This document shows, piece after piece, positions 51,595 to 64,000 of a stretch of DNA of 64,000 nucleotides. The position numbers and the translations under genes were made by a program. Position 1 is the stretch's first letter, and every line of letters starts with the position of its first letter. The notes under the pieces are model-generated. The model had not been told where the DNA came from, did no database searches, and saw only the letters and a list, made by a program, of their open reading frames with translations. This DNA is from Tubulanus polymorphus (taxonomy: Eukaryota; Animalia; Nemertea), in contig NC_134029.1 in NCBI RefSeq assembly GCF_964204645.1, positions 12,798,850 through 12,862,849 on the forward strand. Direction: 5' to 3'.

Positions 51595-52845
51595 TAGGTT
51601 GATTAAAATACGTAGATTTACGTATCTACGTAAATTCACGTACTGTACATTAATTTACGTATTTAGCTATTGAGAAAGTTTGCAAGTTTTCGCCGTTATA
51701 CACGCTCTTTGATTTTGATGTTTTATCCCAACTCCATTGCATTTAAAGTTATTCCTGAGTGATAAGAATTAAGGAAAAAATAAAAGAACATTCAGGGACT
51801 ACACATTCCTGCTGCAACTGGCATTAAAGATCGTTAGATTGGTATGAAAAATGGTGAAATTATAAGGGTGGCAGCACCAGCTGGCTTAAAGTTTTTGCGG
51901 GGAAAACCAGGTTTCAATATCATTTTCGACAACAGGGTGAAGAATATCTTCATTTAGGAGTTCTATTGATAAAAAATTTCACTCAATTTTGAAATTTTTT
52001 GCTTCTTAAGATTTTTCACAGGTTTCAAATTGACAAAAACAAGTGAAATAGGGCAAGTCAACTAATCGGAAGATTCAATGATAAATGTTGTTTTATACAG
52101 GAGTTTTGTTTTTTATTTGTATTTTCAATATTCACTATAAAATCTGAAGCTTTTTTGAGAATAAGTACTTGCTATGCATCAAATTAGTGACCATAGTACT
52201 CCCATTATGTCTTCAAAAATTTGTGCTGACAAAACGCCACGGTAGATCATCAAATGCCACGGCAGAAATCAGCAGAACTTAGCCCTCCACCCCTTTAAAC
52301 ACAAACTGTGTTCCCCGACCGCAAGATCTCTTACGCAACAGCCTCCAAAATATGGCAGTGATGGGTAAAATACAACCACTGTCTTACGTCAACCCGTCAC
52401 CCCTATTAACACAGTTAAGATAGAAATACCAAACTTTTTCTAAAAGAACTTCAACCATTGGTTAATATCATGGAGTGAAAGCCAATCAGATGTGCCGTCT
52501 GATACAGGGTGTACCACTGGCCATAGGGGGTATAGGTTATGCTTTGACCTACGTAAAATTACGTACATTACGTATCTTACATCACTCTGTCACTGTCACT
52601 GATTCCCCCATAATTGTTCTGCTGGCGTATTGATATACGGCGAATCACACGACTTCTCACATATTAGTAAAAATAGTAGACTTGCACGGCTGTTTGGGGT
52701 AGGCCTAGTCTAGTACCTAGCCGTCGTTCTACAAACAACGTCTAGGGCGAAAGTGCTCATATAAGGTTAATTTTCGTCCCTCATTTTGAAGGACGAGGCT
52801 TTGAGCGTCTATTTCACCCCTTAAAACATTTTCACTACATATAGC

Positions 52846-53052
52846 CTCACCTTACCCTAACCCTAGGGGTAAAACCGACCCTAATCCTCACCCTAACCCT
52901 AAACCTAACCCTCTGGACCCTCTAGACCCTAACCCTATCAAAACCCTAACCCTACACCCAATATAATGATGTTATTATATTTTATTACTATATAGCCATT
53001 GGCAAAATAGCGTTTACTAAAATAATGCCGCATTGGCAAAATATCCACTTCC
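52846..53052. mobile_element. MULE-derived mini-element with TAACCC repeats
   Basis: 52994-53052 is the exact reverse complement (59/59) of 61379-61437. Confidence 0.75.
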
Positions 53053-54382
53053 AACCAGGCCTAATTAATCTTTAGTACAAAGGTTTGATTTGACACTAAA
53101 ATCAGTTGTTGCATTGCAACTAACAGGAGTTAACCTCTAGGCCTATATGATACTTTAGCGTCAGACGTTGTAGGGAACCGTAACAACGACTGGTATTCAG
53201 AATAATGTCTATTTCAACCTGACTTGAGAGCATTCTGGGTGGCCTAGCTCAGTCAGTTTTGGTAGTACATACCTTATAGAAGTCATACTTATAGAAGGAC
53301 CAGAATGCATTAGCAGCTGACCTAGTCTAGTACCTAGCCGTTGTTCCTGAAACAACGTCTAGGGCGAAAGTGCTCATATAAGGTTAATTTTCGTCCCTCA
53401 TTTTGAGGGAGGCTTTGAGCGTCTATTTCACCCCTTAAAACACCATCAACTTACCTCAAACTGACTGTTCTGTAATCAGATGGAAGTTAAATATTGTTTG
53501 TGCATAAATTTGTAATCCTAAGTAGCTTTTGACAATCGTAGTAGCTCAAAACTTTTGACTAGTCGCCTCAAAAAACAGTTGAAGTGAAGCAACATAACAA
53601 ATATGGCGGCTTTTCGTGGTGCATGATGGGAGTGTTAATTATGGATTCGAACTTAAACTTGGACTGACATTGATGCCAATGCAGATATTATTCTTGTTTT
53701 AAATTATCATGGTTAAAATTTACCAAAATTTATGCGTTTTATCAACAAAAAATAACATTTAGAGTAATTTTAGAGAGACATATTGAATTTTCACATTTCA
53801 TTAATTTAGTCCGTATTGGAAATCCCGATAGTGGCAATCAATTCAAATCAAATCAATAAATTCTCCGGTTCGCGATTTAAATCATCAAAAATTTTGTTAT
53901 AAAACATGTTTTCAAAGTCAACAAGGTAACTAATTTATTTATTTTAGTACAAAGGTTTGATTTGACACTAAAATCAGTTGTTGCATTGCAATTAACAGGA
54001 GTTAACCTCTATATGATACTTTAGCGTCAGACGTTGTAGGGAACCGTAACAACGACTGGTATTCAGACTACAGCTGACCTAACATATCACGGTGAGATTT
54101 AAGAATAGGTGACTATAGCGGGTGGTACTCCCGTAAATTGTCTATAGATGGTACCAGGCGATACTTAGCAATCCAAAAGGGACTGGTGGATAGATGGCGG
54201 TGCGACATAGCCTACATGATGATAAAAAGAGAACGTGGCTTTTAGGACTGACAACTCTACAGTTCTACACCTCGACACCTCAACAACTGACAAAGATATA
54301 GAGAGAGCGTGGTTTTTGTACAGACAACTCTACAGCTCTACGACTACACCTCAAAAAATGTTGAACAGATTAAGATAAAAGA

Positions 54383-54796
54383 TGAGTGAGTGTACAGTGT
54401 ACCATGTACTTTGTACTGTGAGTGTGAGAGAGTGAGTGTGTACGGTGAGTGAGAGTGGGTGTGTACTGTGAGTGTCAGTGAGTGACAGTGTTTGAGTGTG
54501 AGTGAGACTGTGAGTGAGTGTGAGCGTGCACAGTGAGTGAGAGTGAGTGACAGTGTTTGAGTGAGACTGTGATTGAGCGACTGTGAGCGTGTATGGTGAG
54601 TGAGAATGAGTGTGTACTGTGAGTGTCAGTGAGTGAAAGTGTTTGAGTGAGAGTGTACTGTGAGTGTCAGTGACCGTAAGCGTAAGCTGTACTGTGAGAG
54701 TGAGTGTGTAGTTTGAGTGCGAGTGTCTAATAATTTAGTGTGAATGTAAGTGTGTACTGAGAGTGAGAGTGAGTGTGCGGTACTGGAGTGTGTGTT
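54383..54796. repeat. (GT/GA)-rich compound microsatellite
   Basis: gtgagtgt-type low-complexity run. Confidence 0.9.
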
Positions 54797-55388
54797 AAGA
54801 TCGTAGGTTTGATAGCTCATTTAATCTGATGCATTAAATTTGAGGATTGTATTAATTGTGTTTTATGTAGGCCTACCGTACGTAAATAAAATGAGCAGTT
54901 ATGAATTGGTTATCGATGAGTTGTTTGTGGTTGTTTCATGAAAATCGGGGGGGAGGGATATCTTCACCAAGTCCTTGTTCTTTGGGATGTGAATTGTGAA
55001 TATGGAGGTGCCCCCTCATTTGTTGTCTCTTCCTTTTTGTGTGGTGTCTGTTTTTGTTACCGTAATGTTGTTTTCCATTTATTGAAAGAACGGGTGTTAA
55101 ATTACAGGTTGAAATTGTATCATTGGCGGCTTTTCCGTTGCGCCTGCTGGACACCCCGCTTCACATGATAGTAGTCGAACGGTTTTTGGTGGCAATTAGT
55201 GTGACATCATGCCATGGTGGGCCGTGTTCGTTTATTTGTCATTATATTGACGGATTAGTTTGGGTTGTTGTGGTTTCTAAGTAGTCTATTACTTTGACAA
55301 AAAACCGTCGGCTGTTGTAGTAATTAATGCGAATTACAGTGGAGGTAATTATTTAGATGGCGGGTTGATATAAGTTGTGTTAACAACC

Positions 55389-56697
55389 TACTGTCTGTCA
55401 CACCTACTCTCCGTGCGACGTTTTGGTCCTTAATTTCGTTAATAATCGGTTTATCTACCTTTATTACGCATCAATTTGTTCAGTGAGGAATTTGCATTCA
55501 GAAATACAGTCAAACCCGCTTTATTCAGATCACTCGGGACCCCTAAAATTCGTCCGAGTTATGTGAAATCCGAATTAAATAGATAGCCTTTTGTGTAGCA
55601 ATTTACCATGCCTCTACCATTGAAAATGACAACAATGAATGTTGCACTTTAAATCGAAACAAAATATCAATTATTATTCTATGTATAAACTATATGCCAT
55701 CGCAATATAAACAGTCTCAGTCTTTTTTCACAAAGAAGGCAGAAATCAATGTCTGCTTGGCGAGTTTCGGGACGTCCCGTCGAAGAAAGTTCTCATATTT
55801 CAGAGAGAAAACCAATACTCCATCAACGAATTTCTCGTCGGTTGACTTGGCCAGTGCAAATCTGTTTAGAACATCCAAAGCCCCATGAACGTCGGTGACA
55901 CTCGGGTTGGGATTTAATATTACAGCGCACTGTAAGGCCTACTATCGCAACAATCAATACCGTTAGCCTATTCTAATAGACTGTTTGCCCGATCGTATAC
56001 TGTATATATTGCAACGCAGCGACGCGTAATGCAGCACATCACTATGACTATCGAGCGTGGATTGCATCATGTTGCGTCGCACGGCACTGCCGCTGTGCTC
56101 TTTTCGATATCAAAATTTATCATCCGAATAAAGTGGTAAGATTTGAAAGGATATGGACAAATGGGACTTGAAAATTCATCCGGAATAACCGAAAATCCCA
56201 ATAATACGAACCGAATTAAGTGAAATTTTTTTAAATATTATAATAAAAAAAGGAAGGGACTTTTAAAAATCATCCGAGATACGTCAAAATCCGAGTAAAA
56301 CCGATCCGAATAAAGCGGGCTTGACTGTAAACAACAATTTTCACTAAAGTTGTTTTTGTTTTCATTTATGAGCGATAGTTTACTTAGCATACGCTCGCGA
56401 AATGCTGAAAAATCAGCTACGCGGACGCTCGGAAACGTTACAGTGACGTCAAAACCTGCTCATTAGCATATCAAAATACAGTAGGTGGCGCCGTTTTTCA
56501 GCATTACGCGAGCATATGCTGGGTAAACTATCGCTGATAGATGAAAACACAAACAAATTTATGCCAGTTCACATGATTTATTTCTGAATGCAAATTCCTC
56601 ACTGAACAAATTGATGCATGATATTTACAGATCAACCGATTGTTAACGAAATTACGGATCAAAACATCGCACGAAGAGCAGGTGTGACAGACAATAG
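55389..56697. mobile_element. Foldback element with long TIRs, interrupted by a pogo MITE
   Basis: tgtctgtcacacct...aatttcgttaa...gaggaatttgcattcagaaata is mirrored at 56575-56697. Related ends occur at ~13650-13770 and ~30960-31010. Confidence 0.8.
55507..56327. mobile_element. pogo/Tigger-type MITE, nested
   Basis: TIR cagtcaaacccgctttattc / gaataaagcgggcttgactg with TA TSD. Confidence 0.9.
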
Positions 56698-56720
56698 TCC
56701 CCTATTCTTGAATCTTCTTA

Positions 56721-59047
56721 TAGGGATTTCAGGTCACGTGATCAAAATGTGTCATAATTAGCGTTTTCCTCGCTTCAAATTTTTATTCACTTACAAAAAA
56801 CGCATTTTATATCAGATTGAAACCAAACTTGCTCAGTATACTCAATTTACCGGTTATTTGTTGTGGTGTAAATTTCATGAGTGTATCTTGCGTAGTTACA
56901 GAGGAATAAATCGTAGTTCAGCGCGCATCGCCGGATTTCTAGGAAACAAAATGGCGGCCATGTTTGAACATGCATTTTTCAATCACGTGAAAACCGCATG
57001 CAATTTTTTAGGTCAAATCCGCAAGCCCACTGCTGATTAGCTGATTATTTGACCTCAGAACATTTTAAAAACATTTCTCGGCTATAACGTAGTGATGCGT
57101 ACTTTTTTGCCCGGCCGTGTTTTTGCTATTTTCAAGCGATGAACGTATTTCAAAGCTTCAATAAGCGAAAATTATAATAATTGACAAAAAGTACACCCAT
57201 ACGTTTCAAAATTGAATACTTAATTAATCATTTTCTGTAATTACTTTTATGATTGATTTAGTAGTCTTTCGCGGATTTTGACCTAAAGTTGGCGAGGCGC
57301 TTAAAATTGTTTACATCCGGGTCACTTCCGGCTCAACACAGGCTGCCAGCGGATCAATTAAAACACTTCCTGGTTCGTTTTTGCTACTCTAAATGGCAAA
57401 TTAGCAACTAAAACGACAATGTTACTCATTAAATTCATTCTTTATTAAGAAATCGGCCAAGTTTAAGTAAAATAATGGCTATCGAATGGCAAATTTTTTA
57501 GTATTTTCCATCAGAATCCAGGCCTTGTCTTGCTCAAATTTTTTCCCAACCAAAAATTTACTTTTCCCGATCTCCTTTGCCTAATAAGTTGAAATATTCG
57601 TCTTGACTATTAATGGAAATGCTAGGATAGCTCCTGAAATGAATATTTACTTATTTGTCTTTCTTTTTTTGACTCGAGGCCTCCTAGTCCAAGGCCTACC
57701 ACTGCAATGTAACTGCCGCCAGTAGTGCAGTAGGCCTAAAACACCCAATCAATGGTTTTTCGAGCCAAATGATGTTGGTCACCTAAATCTAACCTCTTAT
57801 AGGCCTACGTAGGTCTATCCTCTTGATGTTGTTGAATATATTATTCAAAATCAGAAAAAAACTATGTAACAAAGGCCTTGAGATTTTGCGTTTTAGTAAA
57901 AAAGACTTTCGGCTCCCGAAACCTCCATCAATAGGCAAACCAATACAGCTTTGATGACTATGAGGTATTAATGTTTCATGGGTGGCCATACTGATGAGTG
58001 AAACATTTTATGTTAGGAATATTTTCACGTTGTGAAATGATAGATGTGAATACGGTTGTCCTAATGTTCATGATTGTGCATCTTATCTTCTGGGATCAAT
58101 ATTTACAGACTAATACTTTGTCTCATACATTCACGAGCTAGTTTGTCACCATTCTTATTCATTAGAAGAAACTTCCTGGAAAAAGACCTTTCATTAGATA
58201 CCAAACATGACATACTTTGTTGAAATTGGTCACTTCCGATGAAATATCAACATAAAACAAGATGGCCGCCTTCTTGCGAGCCACAATCTGAGATATCATG
58301 ATATAGATATTTTTTCGAGATGCCTTTTAAGGATCTCTGAAAGAATAACAAGGGTTTACACATTCATTTTAATAGATTCATTTTTTCTGAACTTGATAAA
58401 TCTCTTCAAATGCTTGTCTGATTCTTCTGCGGCAAGTGAGGATCTGAAAATATAATGATTATTATTAGTATCTGAGCATCTCAAAATGCAGGAATATGAT
58501 CTTAGGAACATTGAGATATTCTAGAAGAGGAGTTATTGCTAACAATATAGGTCTAAAGGCCATATCGAATGAGTTATTTACAATTAAGTGGAAGTTAATT
58601 AGATTCAAGATGGCCGCCTCAATACTCACCTTTTGGTTACCACGGTAACCGGTATAACCTAGAAGTTCGATGTCTTCATTGTATTTACCTCAAAATTGAT
58701 ATTGGATGTATTCCAGTATCATTTATCTTGAAAAAGAAACTCTCATATAGTGTATTAATGGTATTGTAGTGTGTATTAATTAACTAATAAGTATGCAAAT
58801 TAGCCTAATTTACATATTTGCATAAATACTTCTAGAATCTCAAAACTCTTTTTACCGACGACATACTGAGCAAGTTTGGTTTCAATCAGATAGAAATTCT
58901 GGGAGATATATTAGTTTTAATGTTGAATTTACTACTTTAATCAGGCTAAAAAGCTGTAAAACCTAGACACTTCCTGTCTGACTCTTTAATTGAAAATGAA
59001 CTAGAGTGTATTGCGCAATACAATGACAAATATACCCCAAATTTCCA
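56721..59047. mobile_element. Second, inverted and diverged copy of the TAGGGATTTCAGG element (one end missing)
   Basis: Colinear reverse-complement similarity with 49860-51594. Confidence 0.8.
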
Positions 59048-59299
59048 GGTAAGCGATTTTTTCTACCGGCCACAGTTAGGTTTCGCTCTGCGCATGTTCT
59101 GAATATACCGGAAGTAAACAAACCGTGACGTACGCGGAAGTAAAGTTCAGCACATGTTAGTCGCAATTGAAATTAATTCTTTTCTCTCTTTCTTCTATTC
59201 TATATGAAATACGTGTGCCACAAATGATGTTTTTTCATGTCAAATGTATTTTGGACAAAAAGGAAGATCCAATACTCAGAACAGTAGTTGCCAAATCTG

Positions 59300-60926
59300 G
59301 TAGTCATCTCTTGACCGATGAGGGATTGCGGTCCTTGAAATTAAATTCCTATGTTACTACTAGTGAGTAAGTAGTGTGTTGTTTCGGAAGATCTTAAAAC
59401 TCATCTCATACAGTTCTAGACAACATGTATTGTTACTGGATAATAAATCATCCCATGTGCATTTTTTCATTGAACTTTATATCAATATCTTTTGCTCTTT
59501 ATTCAGGTGATGAACAATGGCCCTAGCCCTTGAAGCTGAAAAAAGTATGTATGACTGTACGGTTATTGATTCTTATATAGGCTAATAACCCCGATTGTCG
59601 CAGGAAACAAATCACGATACAAAAATAATCTGTTCAAGAAAGTATGTAGGCCTAGTACTTTGATAACTTTTCTCGTTTTTCATTTACTCTTGAGACTCCT
59701 CATAAAATCTATTTGATTACTAGATAAATTTTGAAAACAAAGATATGATCATTGGCGGCTACAACAAGGATGGTAATCATTGGGTTCTGGTTGTAAGTAG
59801 AATTATAATTATTTGATAATTTCGGTATTTATTTGTCAAATATTAAGTATTTAGAAATAATGCATTTTTTTATTCATATTAGATGATCAAGCCCAAAAAC
59901 TATGAAATCGTCTAGGCCCTACCTTGATCCGTTTGGAGCATCTGATTTTAAAAAAGCTCAAGCACTGAAGAATATTAAGTAAGAAATCATTATGAAAACT
60001 GCGTTATTCTCTATCGATGTCAATGTATTATGTATAATTTCCAAACTATTTCTCATCTCACTGTAAGGTCTTACTTGACTTACTGAGCCACAGCCCTTGG
60101 TAGACATGACATTGATGATATTGAATGGTCCATAATCGAACCGCCTCACCAGAAACAACTTGATGGGCATAGTTGTGACGTGCTGACTATTTTGGTAGGA
60201 TTGATTTGTTTAATTTCAATATTATTGATTATTGTTCAACAAATCTCATTCAATTACATATGTGTATTCAACAGTATGCTGGCAGTGTTCTTCAAGGTAC
60301 CGACACAACCCATATTTCAACAGTAAATGCAAATTCACATCGTTGGACATCAGCCGCTGCACTAGTTAATGAATCAGGTAGGCCCTCGACCTTACAGTTA
60401 TTAAATTCAAAGTTCATTATAATGCAATCCTTTTTTATTTTAATGCCAGTGCTCGCTAAATGCCATTTCAGAGAACCAAATTGCCCAATCTAACTCAAAT
60501 TTGATGAAAGTTCCATTCTTTATAATGCCAATTTTGTTATTATGCCATGTTTTCCATTTGCCGCAACAGTGTTCTAATAGCCTACTGTATAGGCTTACAC
60601 AAACTGATTGGCTATCTTTCTCCTTTTATCCTAGATGATATAAGTAACATATGCCATGTCTGTGGAAATGAAAATGGCAAGTCTTCTGATTGGGTAAGTA
60701 TAACTTGAATAGATTTAGGTGAGATAAATTAAAAAGACCAAAAGAATATACAATGTACCAAGGGAATTATGGCTAGTAATTGCAGGGAGGGTCAAAGTCA
60801 TGTTTTGTGTTTTGATTGTTAAGACAGAAGCACCCACAGATAAATGAACATTAATCAATATCAATATACAGTTCTGTTATTTCTTTTCTAGGAGGAATGT
60901 AGTTAGTTACCTAATCGTTGGTGGTA
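59300..60926 (+). pseudogene. Multi-exon Ulp1/SENP-like cysteine protease plus PHD-like finger, decayed
   Basis: Small GT-AG exons: LTDEGLRSLK; IIGGYNKDGNHWVLV; IV(ins)YLDPFG; PHQKQLDGHSCDVL; YAGSVLQG; DDISNICHVCGNE..DW; EECS*. The H-D-Q-C order is that of peptidase C48. Confidence 0.7.
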
Positions 60927-61378
60927 AGCTTTTTATAATCGGATGGGCTTATACCAACGTTAGGGATGACAAGGACCAAAACACAGTTGAAAAAAGTAAC
61001 ACTTCAAAAATATACTTTCTATTCACTTCAGTCCACAATTAATGGCTTAATTCACAAACTAACACAGGTACCTTTCGAAATAATCCAATTTTATGTATGT
61101 TTCGAGTGATTAATCAACATTATTTTAAAAAAATTAATTAATTTCTCCACAAATTTCGCCATTGGCCGCCATTTCTCTGTATTGCACATGTGGCATGATA
61201 AGACAAGGGGACCTACAAGGATTTATATAAAACTTCCGAGAAGAAACGACAATTTTTATTTTTGATGGTTTTCCAACTTTTATTTCAAGTCTTCGTGTTT
61301 TCCATAATAAATAATGAAATAATAAATTTCTGGTAAAAGAAAAATGTGAATAAGTGTTGATTTTTTAATTTTTTTTAA

Positions 61379-61437
61379 GGAAGTGGATATTTTGCCAATG
61401 CGGCATTATTTTAGTAAACGCTATTTTGCCAATGGCT
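61379..61437 (+). repeat. Left TIR of the MULE element
   Basis: GGAAGTGGATATTTTGCCAATGCGGC... starts 125 bp upstream of the transposase ATG; an exact inverted copy lies at 52994-53052. Confidence 0.75.
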
Positions 61438-61503
61438 CGTTCTGATTGGCTGAAATATATTGTGACGTCATACGGGATTTTCCGACACTAATTCCAACTA
61501 AAA

Positions 61504-64000
61504 ATGGCGCGTTCTTCAACTTCGTCGGGGATTTTCAAAGTTGGAGACAAATTTTCGTCTTTTGACGATGTTTTGGCTGCTATAAAGTTGTTCGAAGATG
61601 AGCAACTTATGTCGTATTGGCGACGTCACACTCGTTTACTGGATGGCGCACCAAAGAGTACACCAAAGACAAATGAGAACGCTATAAAATACTATCAAGT
61701 ATATTATCACTGTTTGAAAGGGGGAAAGAAACACAAGACATGCAGCAAGGGCTTGAGACCAAACCAGAAGTATGTATATATCACTAAGGTCTATCACTAA
61801 ATTGATTTTGTGGTTACTACTTAGAATCTCATGTACAGTGGGATCGGACTTAGAACCAGGATTGGACTTTGAGTAGGCCTACTGAAAATTCTTCATTATT
61901 CCTTCTCTCATTATTTTCCATTTTTACGTTCTAATTATATCCACATAATAAACACATAATGCTAAAAAAAAGTTGGCAAAATCAATATCTAAGATGTAGA
62001 TTGCCATTAGAAGTTTAGATGGCAATATTTATGTCTTGATATTTAGGGATTATTATTGGAATGCGACTGTCTTGTTGTGCAAAGATATTTTGACAGCTGA
62101 GCAACCACTAGCGCCATCTATCGAACATAAATTGAAGCTTTTGTCAGCTTATAGAGCCACCAATATATAAGGACCAATATATAATGATATATAATAGAAC
62201 ATTAAGCTTTTCGGCGTTGGTGACTTAATATAATGAAGGAATAATGGATATGAATAATGAAAAAAAACCTCATCAACTTTTGACATTTGAGGTGACAGTA
62301 AACTGATACCTTAATTCTATAGGCTTTATAGCTGCAGTAAGACCATCACAACATTAATATGTTCGCAACATTATTTCTAGGTATCGTTCTTTCTAAAACA
62401 GCTTTAAACTCTCGTTCTCTGTTTTTTATGGGCCTTTTTAATCATGTTTTCCTTTCCCTGTATTTACAGGACATTCCGTCAAGATTGTGAATCATGTGTT
62501 CACTTCCGCGCTTCAAAGGATGGACAACATCTTGTGGTGACATATCTGAATACTACACATAACCATGAATGCACAGAGGGGGCATATGCTTTTATCCCTA
62601 AGTGTCGGAAATTAGATGAAAAAGAGACAATCGAAGTTAACAATATTCTAAAGACCAGACCGAACAAAAAAATCTTACAAGATCACATCAGGAGCATTTC
62701 TGGCAAGAAGTTAACTTTGCGTGATATTCAAAACCTACAGAAAAGATTAAAGGGGACGCCAGGTGACTTAGAAGAGATTTTAAACAGTCTCATTTCTGAA
62801 AGAGGTAATTATGATTCATTTCAGATTCATTTCAGTGATTTATATAGCGGCTTTGTTTACCTATCATAATTTTTTCCATTCTATCGGACTGTAAACACCA
62901 TTTTTTCACTTTGAATCTGGCTCATCTTTTTTGGAAAGGATTTTAGTTAGTTATACTGTGAAATCTCCTCTTTCGTTGGCTCCGTCAAGAAAGGGGGATC
63001 GGAATAATCGTTGCCACAGAACCTCTAAAATAACCTAAGATCACGCCGAGATTTACCTAACGTCTTGCTTGCTTTATTCAACACGCCAAAGAGAACACAA
63101 GAATCACTACACAATATGGTGTCACTAAAACGCAGATTTGGACTCGGTAAAAGCCGGATACCGGACTTTACCGGTCCATCACAATACTACGGACCCTATG
63201 AACCAAAGGCCTATAGGCCTACAATATACAGATAGGCGATATTGATAACTAACTTGCCAACTTTTATTTCCAGACGCTACGGTAGAAGTCGTCAGTGATG
63301 ATACCGATATGCTTCGCGCGATATATTATCAGGATAATATCATGAAAAAGAAATTCAAAAAGTATCCAGAACTATTGATAGCAGATGCTACTTACAAGCT
63401 TAATAATCTACGAATGCCAGTTTTTCTACAAATAGTGGTTGACGGAAATGGAGAAAGTGAGATAGTGTCAGTTTTTTTGATCGTCAGCGAAGATCAGGGA
63501 ACGTTAGAGATGTTGCTTGAGATATTTAAGAAACATAACCCTGCCTGGACAAGAACAAAAACTGTTCTTACCGATAAGGACATGACAGAGCGTGCCGTGT
63601 TTAAAAATCTGATGCCTGATGTTAAGTTACAGCTGTGTTTGTTTCATGTCCTCAAATCAATGCGAAGAGAAATACATTGTGAGAAAATGGGCATCCGCAT
63701 CGGAGAGAAAAATGCTTGTCTAGAAATAATTCAAAAAATTGCGTATTCAAAAAATGAAGAAGAATATACGAGCAACGTAGACAAACTCAATAATACTCGA
63801 ATACAGCCCGTTATCGACTATTACAGACATTCTTGGCATGATATCAGATCTGAATGGGTGTTAGGTCTGAAGCAATCCTGTCATTATGGCAATAATACAT
63901 CTAACAGAATTGAAAGCATAAACCAAAAACTGAAGCAGGTTGTGGCGCGATTTTCGAATTTAGAGAATTTCTTTCATGATCTCAAGCTTGTAATTGCTTG
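61504..64000 (+). CDS. MULE/Mutator transposase (ZSWIM3-like), 3 exons (61504-61769, 62470-62804, 63274-end), runs off the window
   Basis: Phase-consistent GT-AG introns; FAR1-like YYHC...C..HNH domain; ADATYKLNNLRMP, VDGNGESEIV, VLTDKD, LCLFHV and NRIES. No stop codon in the spliced frame. Confidence 0.92.

Noticed and set aside
52850-52960. TAACCC repeats as an interstitial telomere
   Set aside because: Degenerate, short and embedded in a transposon end that recurs at 30775.
57990-58015. ctgatgagtgaaac hammerhead-like string
   Set aside because: There is no stem II between CUGAUGA and GAAA, and it lies in a transposon interior motif.

Overview
AT-rich, intron-containing eukaryotic DNA, probably an invertebrate animal (inferred from the mix of transposon families), made almost entirely of nested mobile elements. 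No intact host housekeeping gene is recognisable. From left to right: the 3' end of a BEL/Pao LTR retrotransposon split by a hAT-like element; a ~0.9 kb tandem duplication carrying a decayed hammerhead-ribozyme core; several Helentron-like carriers holding different satellites; pogo, Harbinger, hAT-like and Academ-like non-autonomous elements; a very AT-rich Polinton/adintovirus-like remnant (20.2-25.9 kb); a spliced DUF3987/YfjI-like ATPase pseudogene; a PNMA-gag Gypsy element; a Merlin (IS1595-like) transposase pseudogene; a spliced Ulp1-protease/PHD pseudogene; and an apparently intact, intron-containing MULE transposase running off the window end. The headline observation is that the Polinton-type protein-primed DNA polymerase carries a full-length (~350 aa) LAGLIDADG homing-endonuclease intein inserted exactly in the catalytic YxD|TD motif. 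All calls come from manual translation and motif recognition with no database searches, and element boundaries are approximate unless TIR or TSD evidence is given.
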